A stretch of DNA of 64,000 bases from Dimorphilus gyrociliatus. Taxonomy: Eukaryota > Animalia > Annelida. This document shows, in pieces, positions 53,427 through 64,000 of the stretch; within the stretch, counting starts at the first letter, position 1, and every line of letters starts with the position of its first letter. Below the pieces are notes generated by a model. The model did no database searches and had not been told where the DNA came from. It saw nothing but the letters and a program-made list of their open reading frames with translations. A program made the position numbers and the translations under genes. Location of the stretch: NCBI GenBank assembly GCA_904063045.1, contig CAJFCJ010000019.1, positions 2,185,700 to 2,249,699 on the forward strand. Direction: 5' to 3'.

Positions 53427-55554
53427 ATGGATGAAAAGAATATAGAGAAAATAAACGAAGAAGATAACTTTCGTAGTCTTCTTCGAAATATGATTGAAAG
53501 GACGGGTATGCACGGTTTACCAAATGTATATAGATCAAGTGGTCTTCTTAAAAAAATGTTTTGGTTGATAACAACTTTATTCGCGTTTGGTAAGACTGTA
53601 ATTTTAGCTATTTTCCATAAGAAATACAAATATTATTAAATCAAACATTAGTATTCCTGATTTGGCAAGTTACAAAGGCAATTATGTTTTATTATTCATA
53701 TCCAACAACAACAAAATTTCAACTTCATAGTAGTCCTTCCTTACCATTTCCAGCAGTTTCATTCTGTAATTTAAATCCAATTCGAAGTGAATTGATTGAA
53801 AATGCTGGACCATCTTTAAAAGGCTTGTTAAAAGTTAATTTCTTTCTATTTCCCTGATAATATCATTTTTCTACTATTAATAATATAATATCCTTTTATA
53901 ATAAGGGAAAAGAATCAAATAGAAATGGAACTATTACTAAAAAACCAACTTCATTCTTTGACTGGAATGATACGGATAGTTCTGAAGAAGATAATGTTTA
54001 TAGTGTAAACTCACAATTTTTAGAATATTACTCAACTTTACCAAAGAAAAGTAGAATAGACCTGGGATATAATATAACTAATACATTGTTAGCTTGTTCA
54101 ATCGAAGGGAAAAAATGCGGTCCAAAGTAAGAAAAGCTAATTATTGTTTATCCTTCTATTTTTTAACACTTTACCATTTCCTTTCAGAGATTTTAAATTA
54201 TTTAATAATTACTTTTATGGTAATTGTTTTACATTTAATTCATATATACCTGACAACGTTTCTGATAGGAAAAGCTCTAATAAACCTGGTCCACTTAACG
54301 GTTTTCTTTTTTTTATTTTAATACTTTTTCATTATTTCATCTTTTCAAACATCTTTAGGTTTAACGTTAACTTTATTTATCGATCAATCCCAATATATAA
54401 AAGAGATTGCAGAATCTGCTGGAATTCAATTAGTTGTTCACGATCCCACTGATATGCCTTTTCCAGAAGATAAAGGAGTGGCTATATCTCCCGGAAAATT
54501 GTCATTTATTGGCTTCCAATTGAAAGTGTCAAATAACCTGTCGCCACCATACGGAATCTGCAATAATTTTTCTAAACTGGAAAATCAAAACGTTAATGCA
54601 TTTTGGAATGAATTATCAAATATTTCCTATACTGAAGAGGTAAAATTTTATTATCCTTTCAATTAGTATCTACATCGAAATTATCTTTTATTCATTTATA
54701 AAAGGCTTGTATGAGAACTTGTTATCAGAAGAGAGTAATTTCAAGATGTGACTGCGCCGATCCAAGATACAATTTTCATAGTTCAACCTTTAAAAGTTCA
54801 GTTGAACCATGTAAAAGGAGTAATACAACACAAAGTTTGTTATTAATTATTTATTATTCTTGTTATTTAAATATCTATTTAAATTTAATAGCTCATTGTA
54901 AGGATAAAGTAGAATTAGAATTTTCAAGAAATTCACAATTATGCCAAACTGAATGTCCAGCCGAATGCGTGTAAGTTAAATAAGAAAATTTTAACAAACA
55001 TTGCTATTTTTTATGAATATTCATTAATATTCAATATTTTCAAATAGTAAAAATATATTTGAAATAAGGGAAAGTCATGCCCAATGGCCATCACTTCCTA
55101 AAACGGTAAGGATATCATTTTTCAATAAAAAAGTACTGTCGTCTTATTTAATTTTTCTTTATTTACATAAAAAAGGGAGATATTATTGATCTTTTGCAAA
55201 TGAAAAATGAGGTGATATATAATAGATTGAAGGATTTTACAAACGAGAAAAGAGAAACCTTTGTCAGTCAAAATGTACTGAAAGTTCATGTCTATTATTC
55301 ATCATTAACATTTTTAAAAATAAGTAGAGAAGCTACTTATCAAGTATATAATTAAATTTTAATAGTGTTGTTAACAACTCTAATAATAAATATTTTCATT
55401 ATAGACAACAAGCCTCCTTTCCGATCTTGGCGGTCAAGTTGGTCTTTGGTTAGGATTTTCCGTTATAACAATATTTGAATTTTTTGAATTAGCCCTAGAT
55501 TCATCAATCCTACTCTTTTTAAAATGTAAAACAGCAAATAAAAAACAATTCTAA
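53427..55554 (+). CDS. DEG/ENaC/ASIC-family channel subunit, about 514 aa, 10 exons
   Basis: Exons 53427-53589, 53652-53833, 53906-54126, 54188-54300, 54359-54639, 54705-54834, 54892-54970, 55048-55105, 55176-55343, 55405-55554. HG motif (TGMHGLP), LPFPAVSFCNLNP, YGNCFTFN, Cys-rich thumb, TM2 SDLGGQVGLWLGFS. Confidence 0.93.
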
Positions 55555-55738
55555 TTGGATAAAGAATTCTAATTTAGAAATAACGAAATAAGAGCAAGAC
55601 TTTTAATATTTCTTAATAGTATACTTTATAAGTATATTTAATATTATTTATGCTTAATAAACGATTAATTATGATCTATTTGTAAATAAGACTTAATAAC
55701 TTTATAAACAATTACATAAATATAAAAATTAACACAAT

Positions 55739-56057
55739 CTATTTAATGTCCATTGTCTTTTTATCAGTCTAAAAGTAATTTATTAATATGTTATTAAAAC
55801 GTGTTTAAAATTAAAAAGTTCTTTTGAATAAATACCTTTATTTGGATACAAAATGTTATAAAGAAAAATATTAGTATAGTTATAAATATTGATAAAAAAC
55901 CACTGGCGAAGAAGAGGATAATTGAATTTGCTGCGTTCATATCTTCGGTGATAAATTGACCAATAATTAAACAGGATATTGTACTTAGTATAGTTAGTAT
56001 TGAAAATGTACCAATTAGGGTAATAACTCCTGATGACGGTATTTCTACTTCTTGCAT
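55739..56057 (-). CDS. Hypothetical small 2-TM protein, about 83 aa (may instead be the 3' part of the neighbouring gene)
   Basis: Exons 56057-55836 and 55768-55739 are joined by an in-phase GT-AG intron. Two hydrophobic helices; no recognised family. Confidence 0.4.
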
Positions 56058-56164
56058 AATTATATTTTGAACAGAAACCTTTAGGACTAGTATTTTCAAA
56101 TTGTTTTATATTTATCAAAAAGTTTACTATGACGTCATTCAAAAAAGCCATTAATTTATATGTT

Positions 56165-56986
56165 CTATTGATGGTTTCCGTTCACTTCACTCTTTCTATC
56201 TCTATGAAAAGAAAACGAATAGAATGGTGTTCGAAAATTTGGACTAGAAAATTCAACAGCAGTCATTGAATGATCTTTAGAGTTGTATTTGTTTTTATTA
56301 GCACGAGAAGCGTCGTACAATGCTCTCTAACAATGTAAAGTAAAATTTTAATATTATTACATTACTTAATATTAATAAAGAATGTAAACCTTTTCAAATA
56401 TGGGATCTGGACGAAAACTGGAAAATTTCTTCTTCCTATTCTTTCTCTATAGGCCAAAAAAAAGAACATGATTTATTCTAAAGTATAGAACATTTTTTTA
56501 ATTTTATTCCGGTTCCGGATAGGTACCTTTGATTTTTTGAAATTTCTTAACCTTTGCTAAAGAATTAAAAGGAGACGCTTACAGCATTTATGTATGTATG
56601 TATGTACAAATGTAAAAGTTGGAAAAACAAACTCTTTTACGCCTTCTATAGTCAACTATTTCTTCAGTCTGTAACTTAATTAATTGATATGTTTTTTAAT
56701 AAATAAAATGGGATTAAATGAAAAATAATATTCTAACTTCGGAATAAAGCTCTAAACGCTTTAGAAAAGAGGTAAAAGTATATATAAAACAGAAAAAGAT
56801 TATTATTCCAAAGGTCAAAATTACTACAGCAGCGTTTCTTTTACCCTGAACTAACAGTAAAACAGCAGGTGATATTGTTGCTAAACAACATATACTTAAA
56901 CCTAATATAGTAAGTCCATGCTTTGTCAGGCTTATTGTAAAATATTGCTCTTTTAATAAGCTTATTTCTCTCATACAATTAAACAT
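56165..56986 (-). CDS. Hypothetical 2-TM protein with basic C-terminal tail, about 165 aa, 4 exons
   Basis: Exons 56986-56738, 56556-56527, 56446-56390, 56326-56165, all phase 0 with GT-AG ends and an open frame. A CTCF-like motif lies 18 bp upstream of the ATG. Confidence 0.5.
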
Positions 56987-57121
56987 TTTTAAATGTATCA
57001 ACTGACGCCATCTATTGTCTAATATATTATAGAATACATTTTTAGATAAAAACAAATATCGTCGTCTACCTGATTCCAACAAGACAAGAAGGAGAGGACA
57101 GAGAGATTTATATCTATCTAT

Positions 57122-57126
<5 letters not shown>

Positions 57127-57174
<48 letters not shown>
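57127..57174. repeat. (AG)n microsatellite in the divergent spacer before the mosaic receptor
   Basis: Perfect dinucleotide run of about 24 units. Confidence 0.95.
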
Positions 57175-57177
<3 letters not shown>

Positions 57178-57764
57178 CAGTATTTTTGGACAAACTAAAC
57201 TGACCTATGAAACATGACAAAGACACAGTACACCTCTCATTTTTCAATTGGAAATTTTTTGTTGGAAGCGATAAAACAGAGGGATATATTTTAGTTTTTT
57301 TGTGATATTCAATAATAAAAGAGGTATTGGGTGTTGGACTATGATAAAATATCAATTGAACGCTTTTTTTTTTACTAGAAAACTTCAAAAGAATATAAGA
57401 GTACATTTGATACAAAGGACTCTTTAATGATGAAAAAAAAGAAAATAGAATCTTAATTGATAATTATTAATTTCATATTTTCGTTTATTATTCAAAAAAT
57501 TATTATTAGTTAACGTAGTAAACTTTTTTTTATACATAATTAAGATTAGATTTAAGTAAACAATATCTTGTGTTCATTTACGTACATATTAAATAATAAA
57601 TAGAATATTAATCGCTATAAATATGATGCATAAGTTTAAGAATCTATAAATGCTAATAAATTATTAACCAATAGAAATCATTCTTAGATAACTGTGTCGT
57701 TATATATTAAAAATATTTTGTAGCATTTGCCGTTTAAGCATCATTTTATTCGACTGTTAAAAAA

Positions 57765-60700
57765 ATGAAATCTTCAAATTATTCATCTATTGTCTTTTTA
57801 ATTATTTGGTTTACATCGAAAATATGTAAAACTCTATCGAATTCAGGTAAGACACTTTCAAATTTCAATAAAACTTATTAAACTTATAAGATTTCATTCA
57901 TAAAATACGTTGAATATTATGAATAGTAATTAAATTAATTAAGGAGAAAGTAAATGTGTTAATTGTAAAAAAACATCTTTATGTAAATAATGTAATGTTC
58001 GGCTGGTTGGACAACAGAAAAAAACGGTAATAAGTATACTTTTCTTGATATTGAAGAACTTTATAGCCGTGTTAAGAGTTTTCCGTTTTTTATTACTTCT
58101 CTTATCAAGTTAATTATTTTGGATTTCATCTTAGAAAAGAATTCTCTAAAATTTACCGATTATATTGCCTTTGCTGTTTACTGGAGCATCCGGTACTTTT
58201 GTCATCTAAAATCATAATTAATTATTATTAAATATGACATATAAATTCAGTCATATTTATGAATATTAATGAAAACCTTATTTGTTGTTTTAGTATCCGA
58301 AAATCAATTTAAACAATATTGTAAGAACGGATGGGAATATTTTGGAGGTTATTGTTATTATTTCGATGAAGAGAAGATGACTTATTGGCAAGCGGAAACG
58401 AAATGCCAATTTAATGGTGCTCACTTGGCTTCTCAAACGAATAAAAATGAACAAGTTATTCTCCTCTCTTCCTCTTATTTGTTCATTGATATAATAGAAA
58501 TATAATATTTATTAATTCTTTTTCAGATGTATTTAAAATTAAAGGCCAACTCTAGCCAACTTTGGTACTATATAGGCTTATCAGATCGAAGACACGAAGG
58601 TGTTTTCGAATGGGAAGATGGAATGCCGTTTGATAGAACTCTAGAGTAAGATATAATAATTATATTCTTTTTGAAGCCTATCCTCCTAGATTTACTTAAT
58701 TAATCAAACCATATTTTAGCTTCTGTAATATATAATACTTGTAACAGAGACTGGAATACGGGTGAACCTAATGATTCCTATGATATTGAAGATTGCGTTA
58801 ATTTATGGAATGAAATGGGAGTTTGGAATGATACTCCATGCGATTATCCAATAGGATATGTTTGTAAAGGTAGTTATTGTTTTTTATCACACGTTGTTTA
58901 TATAAATAAGTTATTTTAATTAGTTTTGGCTTTACCGACTACAAACAATATTGGACTGCACCAAATAACTAGTCAAAGTTCCTCTATTCATGGTTCTTAT
59001 CTTGCAGTCGATGGCGTACCGAGTGAGATATATAATTCTTCATTTACTTAAGAGATTAATTAAATTTTTGGCCAATATTTTATTAGTTGTTTTTCCTTTT
59101 CACTCTTTTAGATACCTGTGCTCTTACAACAAAAGAAAAAAATCCATGGTTTAGAGTAGATTTAACTGAAATTTATAGAATATATGCAGTTGAATTAATC
59201 ACTGGCGAACGTCTTTTGAAAAACACCGACATTCTTGCTTCGTATGATAGTCTTGAAAAGAGAGTTTGTAAGAATAATATTACAATCGACTCTATGGTGA
59301 CATTACAACATTGTCCAGAAGATATGTTCGGTCGATTCGTTATTTTAGAGTCAATTTCCGAACAATTAAAATATCTTCAGCTATGCGAAGTAAGAGTTTA
59401 TGGTAAAGGTACAGGTTGTGGTTTGCCTCTGGGTCTTGCAAGTGGTCAAATAAAAGCTGTTCAAATATCAGCTTCTTCTGAAGAAGATTCAACAACTCTT
59501 CCTTTTTTCGCCAGGTTGTATAGAGGTGGCGGTTGGTGTCCTCATTATACGGACAAACAGCCATATATACAAGTAAAATTACCATACTTTTAATAGAGAA
59601 TTTTGTTTATTTCTCTTTTTACTAACATAAAATAGGTTAATTTAATTAGCAAGTATAATTTACAAGGATTTACTACGAAAGGCTTGGAGTCTTCCGCCTT
59701 TTATGTAAGACATTTGATAACTATTAAATATGGATTTTCTGTCGAGGAATTACTTTCCATCAATAAAGTATGCTAATACATCATTTTCTGAAGGAAACTA
59801 GAGTATATATTCGTACACTTGCAGACTTACCTCGTGAAATCCAGCCATCACCTACAATATTTCATATTCCCATTGGAAATAACAGCAAGCTTTGTCAGGT
59901 TAATGTTAAATTCCACAGCTGATAGACCATGCCTTGAATTTGAGCTATACGGCTGTAGGAAAATAGTAGAATCAAGTATTTTTCCTTAAGCTTTTTTAAT
60001 TTATCTGAATTCTGAATATTACATTTATCTAATAGTAAGGGAAAATAATGTTCATGGATATCCAGCTGTACCGCTTATAGCATCACCTCCAAGCGAACGT
60101 CATTGTTATCATAGACTAGACGCCTTCTCAAATTTATCGCCAATAACAATAAAGGAAATATACTATTATCCATTTATCGACTCATTTTATTTAGAAGTTT
60201 GGAGATGGCAAGAATTCAATATTACAGCACAAAGAATTTCAGTAGTAAAAGTAACTGGTAACCAAGGATACCGAGTTGTTAATATTACCTTAAATGCTAA
60301 CGAATTTCTCGGAATTTCGTCGCCAAATGCAATTTGTCCAATTATATTTTCTCAAAAAAATACTTATATTGATTCAACAGAAATAAAAGAATACCTTCTA
60401 ATAGAAGATAATCCTAGCTTGTCTCTAGATGTTTTCAACTCGTCAAAGACAAACTTTACCATATTAAGCGGTGTTCAAACGTTTAATTATCGTTTTACTA
60501 TTAACCATGATAACAATTCTGGAGAAGTTACGAATGAATGCTCTCAAGTAGAGATTACTAAGCCTATGACATTTACATCACCCGATTATCCTAATTATTA
60601 CGGAGGTCGTAGAAATTGTATTTGGAATATTATAAAACCAAGTGATAAAAGTCTAAAAATTGATTTTGAAGCATTTAATCTTTTCTATAAAGATGAAGAG

Positions 60701-63700
60701 GTGACAGATCACAAGATCATGTTATTTAATACTAATATCATTATCAATTATCAATTTAGGAAAAGTTTAAAATGGGATTTTGCCAAGATTCTGTAACTTT
60801 ATACAGTGTAATAAACAATAGTACGGATGTTGTGCAATCTGCAAATGGAAATGCTTTTCCATTGATTATGACTGACATAGCCTATATAAGAATCATCTTC
60901 TCTTCTTGCGAACCTTTTAAAATCGTTTCTAACTCGGGTTTTAAAGCAACTGTATCATATACAAGTAATATTAATAGCATATTCACATTCCAGATTTTTT
61001 CATTATATTAATATAAATAAATTATTTATCTTAGATTGCACAGGATGTGCCATAGGCCTAATGTCCAAAATAAATTACTGCCAATCGGAATGTGGTTTTT
61101 TAGCTTCAACCTTCTATCCTCATAATTATCCATCGGACACAAACGCTGAATGGAATATTCAAGTGGAACTCTACAAGTATATTCAACTTCAGTTTTATCA
61201 CGTTAATATGGAATCTGAACGACCTGAATGTCTTCAAGATTATGTTGAAGTTTACGATGTTAGTTGGGAAGGAGTGGAAAAAGTTTGTCTCTTGTTTTCT
61301 TTTTTGACAAATTATACCATTTATCAATAACTGTGTTCAGCTCATTGGACGCTACTGCAATGTAAAACAACCTCCAACTTATTTATATTCAAGTTGGAAT
61401 AGAATGATAATTCGAATGAAAAGTGACCAAGCATATTCAGCAAAGAGAGGATTCTTTGCCAAATATATCACCTTCGAAAGCAGTCTTTCGGTTGATAGTC
61501 TTCAAAAGATTGAAAGAAACTGTAACTCAATAGAATTACATTAAATACTAATTATTTTATTGTAAATAGTCAATTTTATTTATAGCAACTCTTTGTCCTG
61601 GAAATTGGATTCATTATGAAAAATCTTGCTATCGTTATCATTCTCAAGAGACGACTATGACCTGGATTGATGCAGAGAGCACTTGTCAAACTAAAAAATC
61701 CCATTTATTAAGTATTATGAACGAAGGAGAAATGAGCATCATACATCATCTACTTACTACTGAATGGAGAAGTAACAATACTAGAACCTTTATAGGTATT
61801 CTATCCAAAATTCAGGAAAAATAATAGGACAATTAACTAGTGTTTGAACTTTTATTTCAGGCTTGAACGATAGGAAGAATGAAGGTCAGTTCTGGTGGTC
61901 TGATGGTCGACCAATGGTATTTACTGCATGGTATGAACATTTTCTCACCAATACATAACATCTCAATTGGTTTCTTTAATAATTTATAGGGCAAATACAT
62001 CAATAACGGACAGATCTCAACCAGATGGTGGATCTTTGGAAAATTGTGCTGTTATAGAATTAAGAAACCTTTATTCGACTAATCAATGGCACGATGTACC
62101 CTGTTCAGTGAGCAACGTTAAACAATTCATCTGCAAATTGGATGATTATTCATTAAGGAGAGAAAAATTGGATTTAAATTTAAACTCCTCTCTAGTCAAT
62201 GATTCTTCGTTGTTTAAATGTAATAATTCAGAGTTTATTCATATTTGGGCCGTCTGTAACGGTAAAAATGATTGTGTTGATGGATCCGACGAAATAGGTT
62301 GTACTTTAGAATGTCCCTCATCATTTTATAGTTGCGGAAATGGTGAATGCATTCCATTCTCTTATCAATGCGACCAGAAAGAGGATTGTTCAAATGGTAA
62401 AGATGAAAGCAATTGCGGTACGTATTATTTGCAAGCGATTCTTTTTCTATTATATAATTTCATTATGAAATCTATCAAATAGTTCTCAAGACGTGTGATC
62501 AGGACGAATTTATGTGTGTTAATGGACAATGTATTAAGAACACGGACAGATGCGATAGAATTGAACATTGTATGGACGGTTCAGATGAAAGTGAATGCGA
62601 TTTTTGTATGCAACCAGACATGTTTCAATGTTTTGATGGCGCTTGTCTTCCTTGGAAAACTCGTTGTGACAAGACACACGATTGTGCCGGATGTTCTTAC
62701 GAAGATGAAATTGGCTGCTATGGAACAGCAATTTCCCTTTGTTCAAGTAAACATCTTTGTTAAGTAAATATATGCTATAAATAAATTCATATTAATGTAT
62801 ACGTAGATTTAGGAAATGCCGTTGGAGAAGGTTATCCGAGTGTTACCTGCTATATAAATCAAACAATAGATGTTGGCCGTATAGATATAGATAAAGCAAT
62901 TAAAATAAGCCAGGATGATAATGATACAAATTCAATTCACGTGGACGTCTACTATCCAGCTTTCCCAAATAACGAACTATTAGTTGCCGCAATGCAAAAA
63001 TCTAAATCCTGTACTCAAACAGTAACAATAAAACCTTGCGGTAGTGTGGTATGGTCTTCGAGTTATTACTATAGCGTAAACAACATAAAAATATATCTAG
63101 AGTCTTTCATCAACAAGCATTTTGACGGGTACAGTATATATAATTTCATTTCAATTTCTACTTAATTACTATAGCAAAAAACAACTAGAAATGGTAATTG
63201 CGAAGAAACATTTCAAGTGTCTAATAGGCTATTTATACCAATTTTATATATATATCTAAAGACAACAAACGTGAGGTATAATTCCCTTGAAATAGGAAAA
63301 TTAATGTGCTTAGTCGGTAAGTAAATTGTAATGAATTATTGCTGTTCATCATAGAAAAATTCTTATAATACCAACCAGATCTGGGACATGAAGAATCTGA
63401 GAAATTCATTTGTAATAATTTACAGAAAGTTGATAAAAGACAACGTTGTTTATTCGAATATGATGAGTATAACATTCAAATTGGCTGTAGAGATATGTCT
63501 CATTTAATTGATTGCGGTAAAGGTGTAATTAAATAGATCTGTAAATTCTATTGTTTTTCTTTTTAAAAAATACTATTTAGACAATGTTAAACCGCAAAAT
63601 ACCGAATGCGGTAAAGATGTTGTTGCTGAAGAATATCGGGGAACGTTAAATAGGACTAATACAGGTAAATACTGTCAGAGATGGGATATTGATTATCCTC

Positions 63701-64000
63701 ACGCTCAAGACGTTAACGAACCATCGATGGTTAGAGAGGCAACTGTCTCGGACGCTCATAACTTTTGTAGAAACGTTTGGAGGTTAAAGTCTCCCTGGTG
63801 CCATTCCCTTAGCCCTGATCATAGAAGAGAATTTTGCGATGTTCCCGTTTGCAGTAAAATTCATATAGCTTTAAATATAGTACATATGTATTAATTCACG
63901 TGTTTAAACATCCTATAGAGGAAGATAAGTCAATTACGCCTATGACTTGTCCAAAAGACTATGTACGATGTCCCAACTTCTATTGTATTCCTCTAAGATA
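57765..64000 (+). CDS. Large multi-exon secreted/membrane mosaic protein, GRL101-like receptor ectodomain candidate; runs off the right edge
   Basis: Domain order: signal-peptide exon 57765-57846; C-type lectin (CKNGWEYFGGYCYYF, WNTGEPND); FTP/fucolectin-like (NPWFRVDL, LQLCEVRVY); F5/8 discoidin (GCGLPLGL..GQI); two CUBs (FTSPDYP, LASTFYPHNY); second C-type lectin; LDLa repeats (CDQKEDCSNGKDE); kringle (YRG...CQRW...NFCRN..PWC); then CPKDYVRCPNFYCIP. Confidence 0.8.

Overview
Eukaryotic genomic DNA: AT-rich, gene-dense, mostly 50-80 nt GT-AG introns. The myosin essential light chain is of the molluscan/annelid type, so a compact lophotrochozoan genome is inferred (for example a miniaturised annelid such as Dimorphilus; not provable from sequence alone). 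About 19 protein-coding genes can be modelled by hand, in order: Tctex1-domain dynein light chain (partial), RING/coiled-coil/propeller E3, FBXL6-like, ZNF474-like, GAR1, GT92 glycosyltransferase, SLC25A38, myosin ELC, orphan class A GPCR, membrane-anchored MFHAS1-like Roc-COR-CARD protein, MSS51/ZMYND15-like, odd-skipped, GRHPR, FBXW10-like, ZZEF1, a DEG/ENaC subunit, two orphan 2-TM proteins, and a large lectin/CUB/LDLa/kringle mosaic protein (GRL101-like, partial). I found no recognisable transposon, CRISPR array, tRNA or rRNA. The best leads are: (1) an intronless Roco GTPase with an N-terminal membrane anchor and acidic tether in place of LRRs, plus a C-terminal CARD-like domain; (2) a U12-type minor intron in GAR1; (3) a GPCR with Lys at 3.43 and NSVVY for NPxxY; (4) duplicated alternative N-terminal exons in the ELC; (5) an unexplained three-hairpin element with an Sm-like site upstream of odd-skipped. 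All gene models and motif calls were made by eye and need confirmation by database search.
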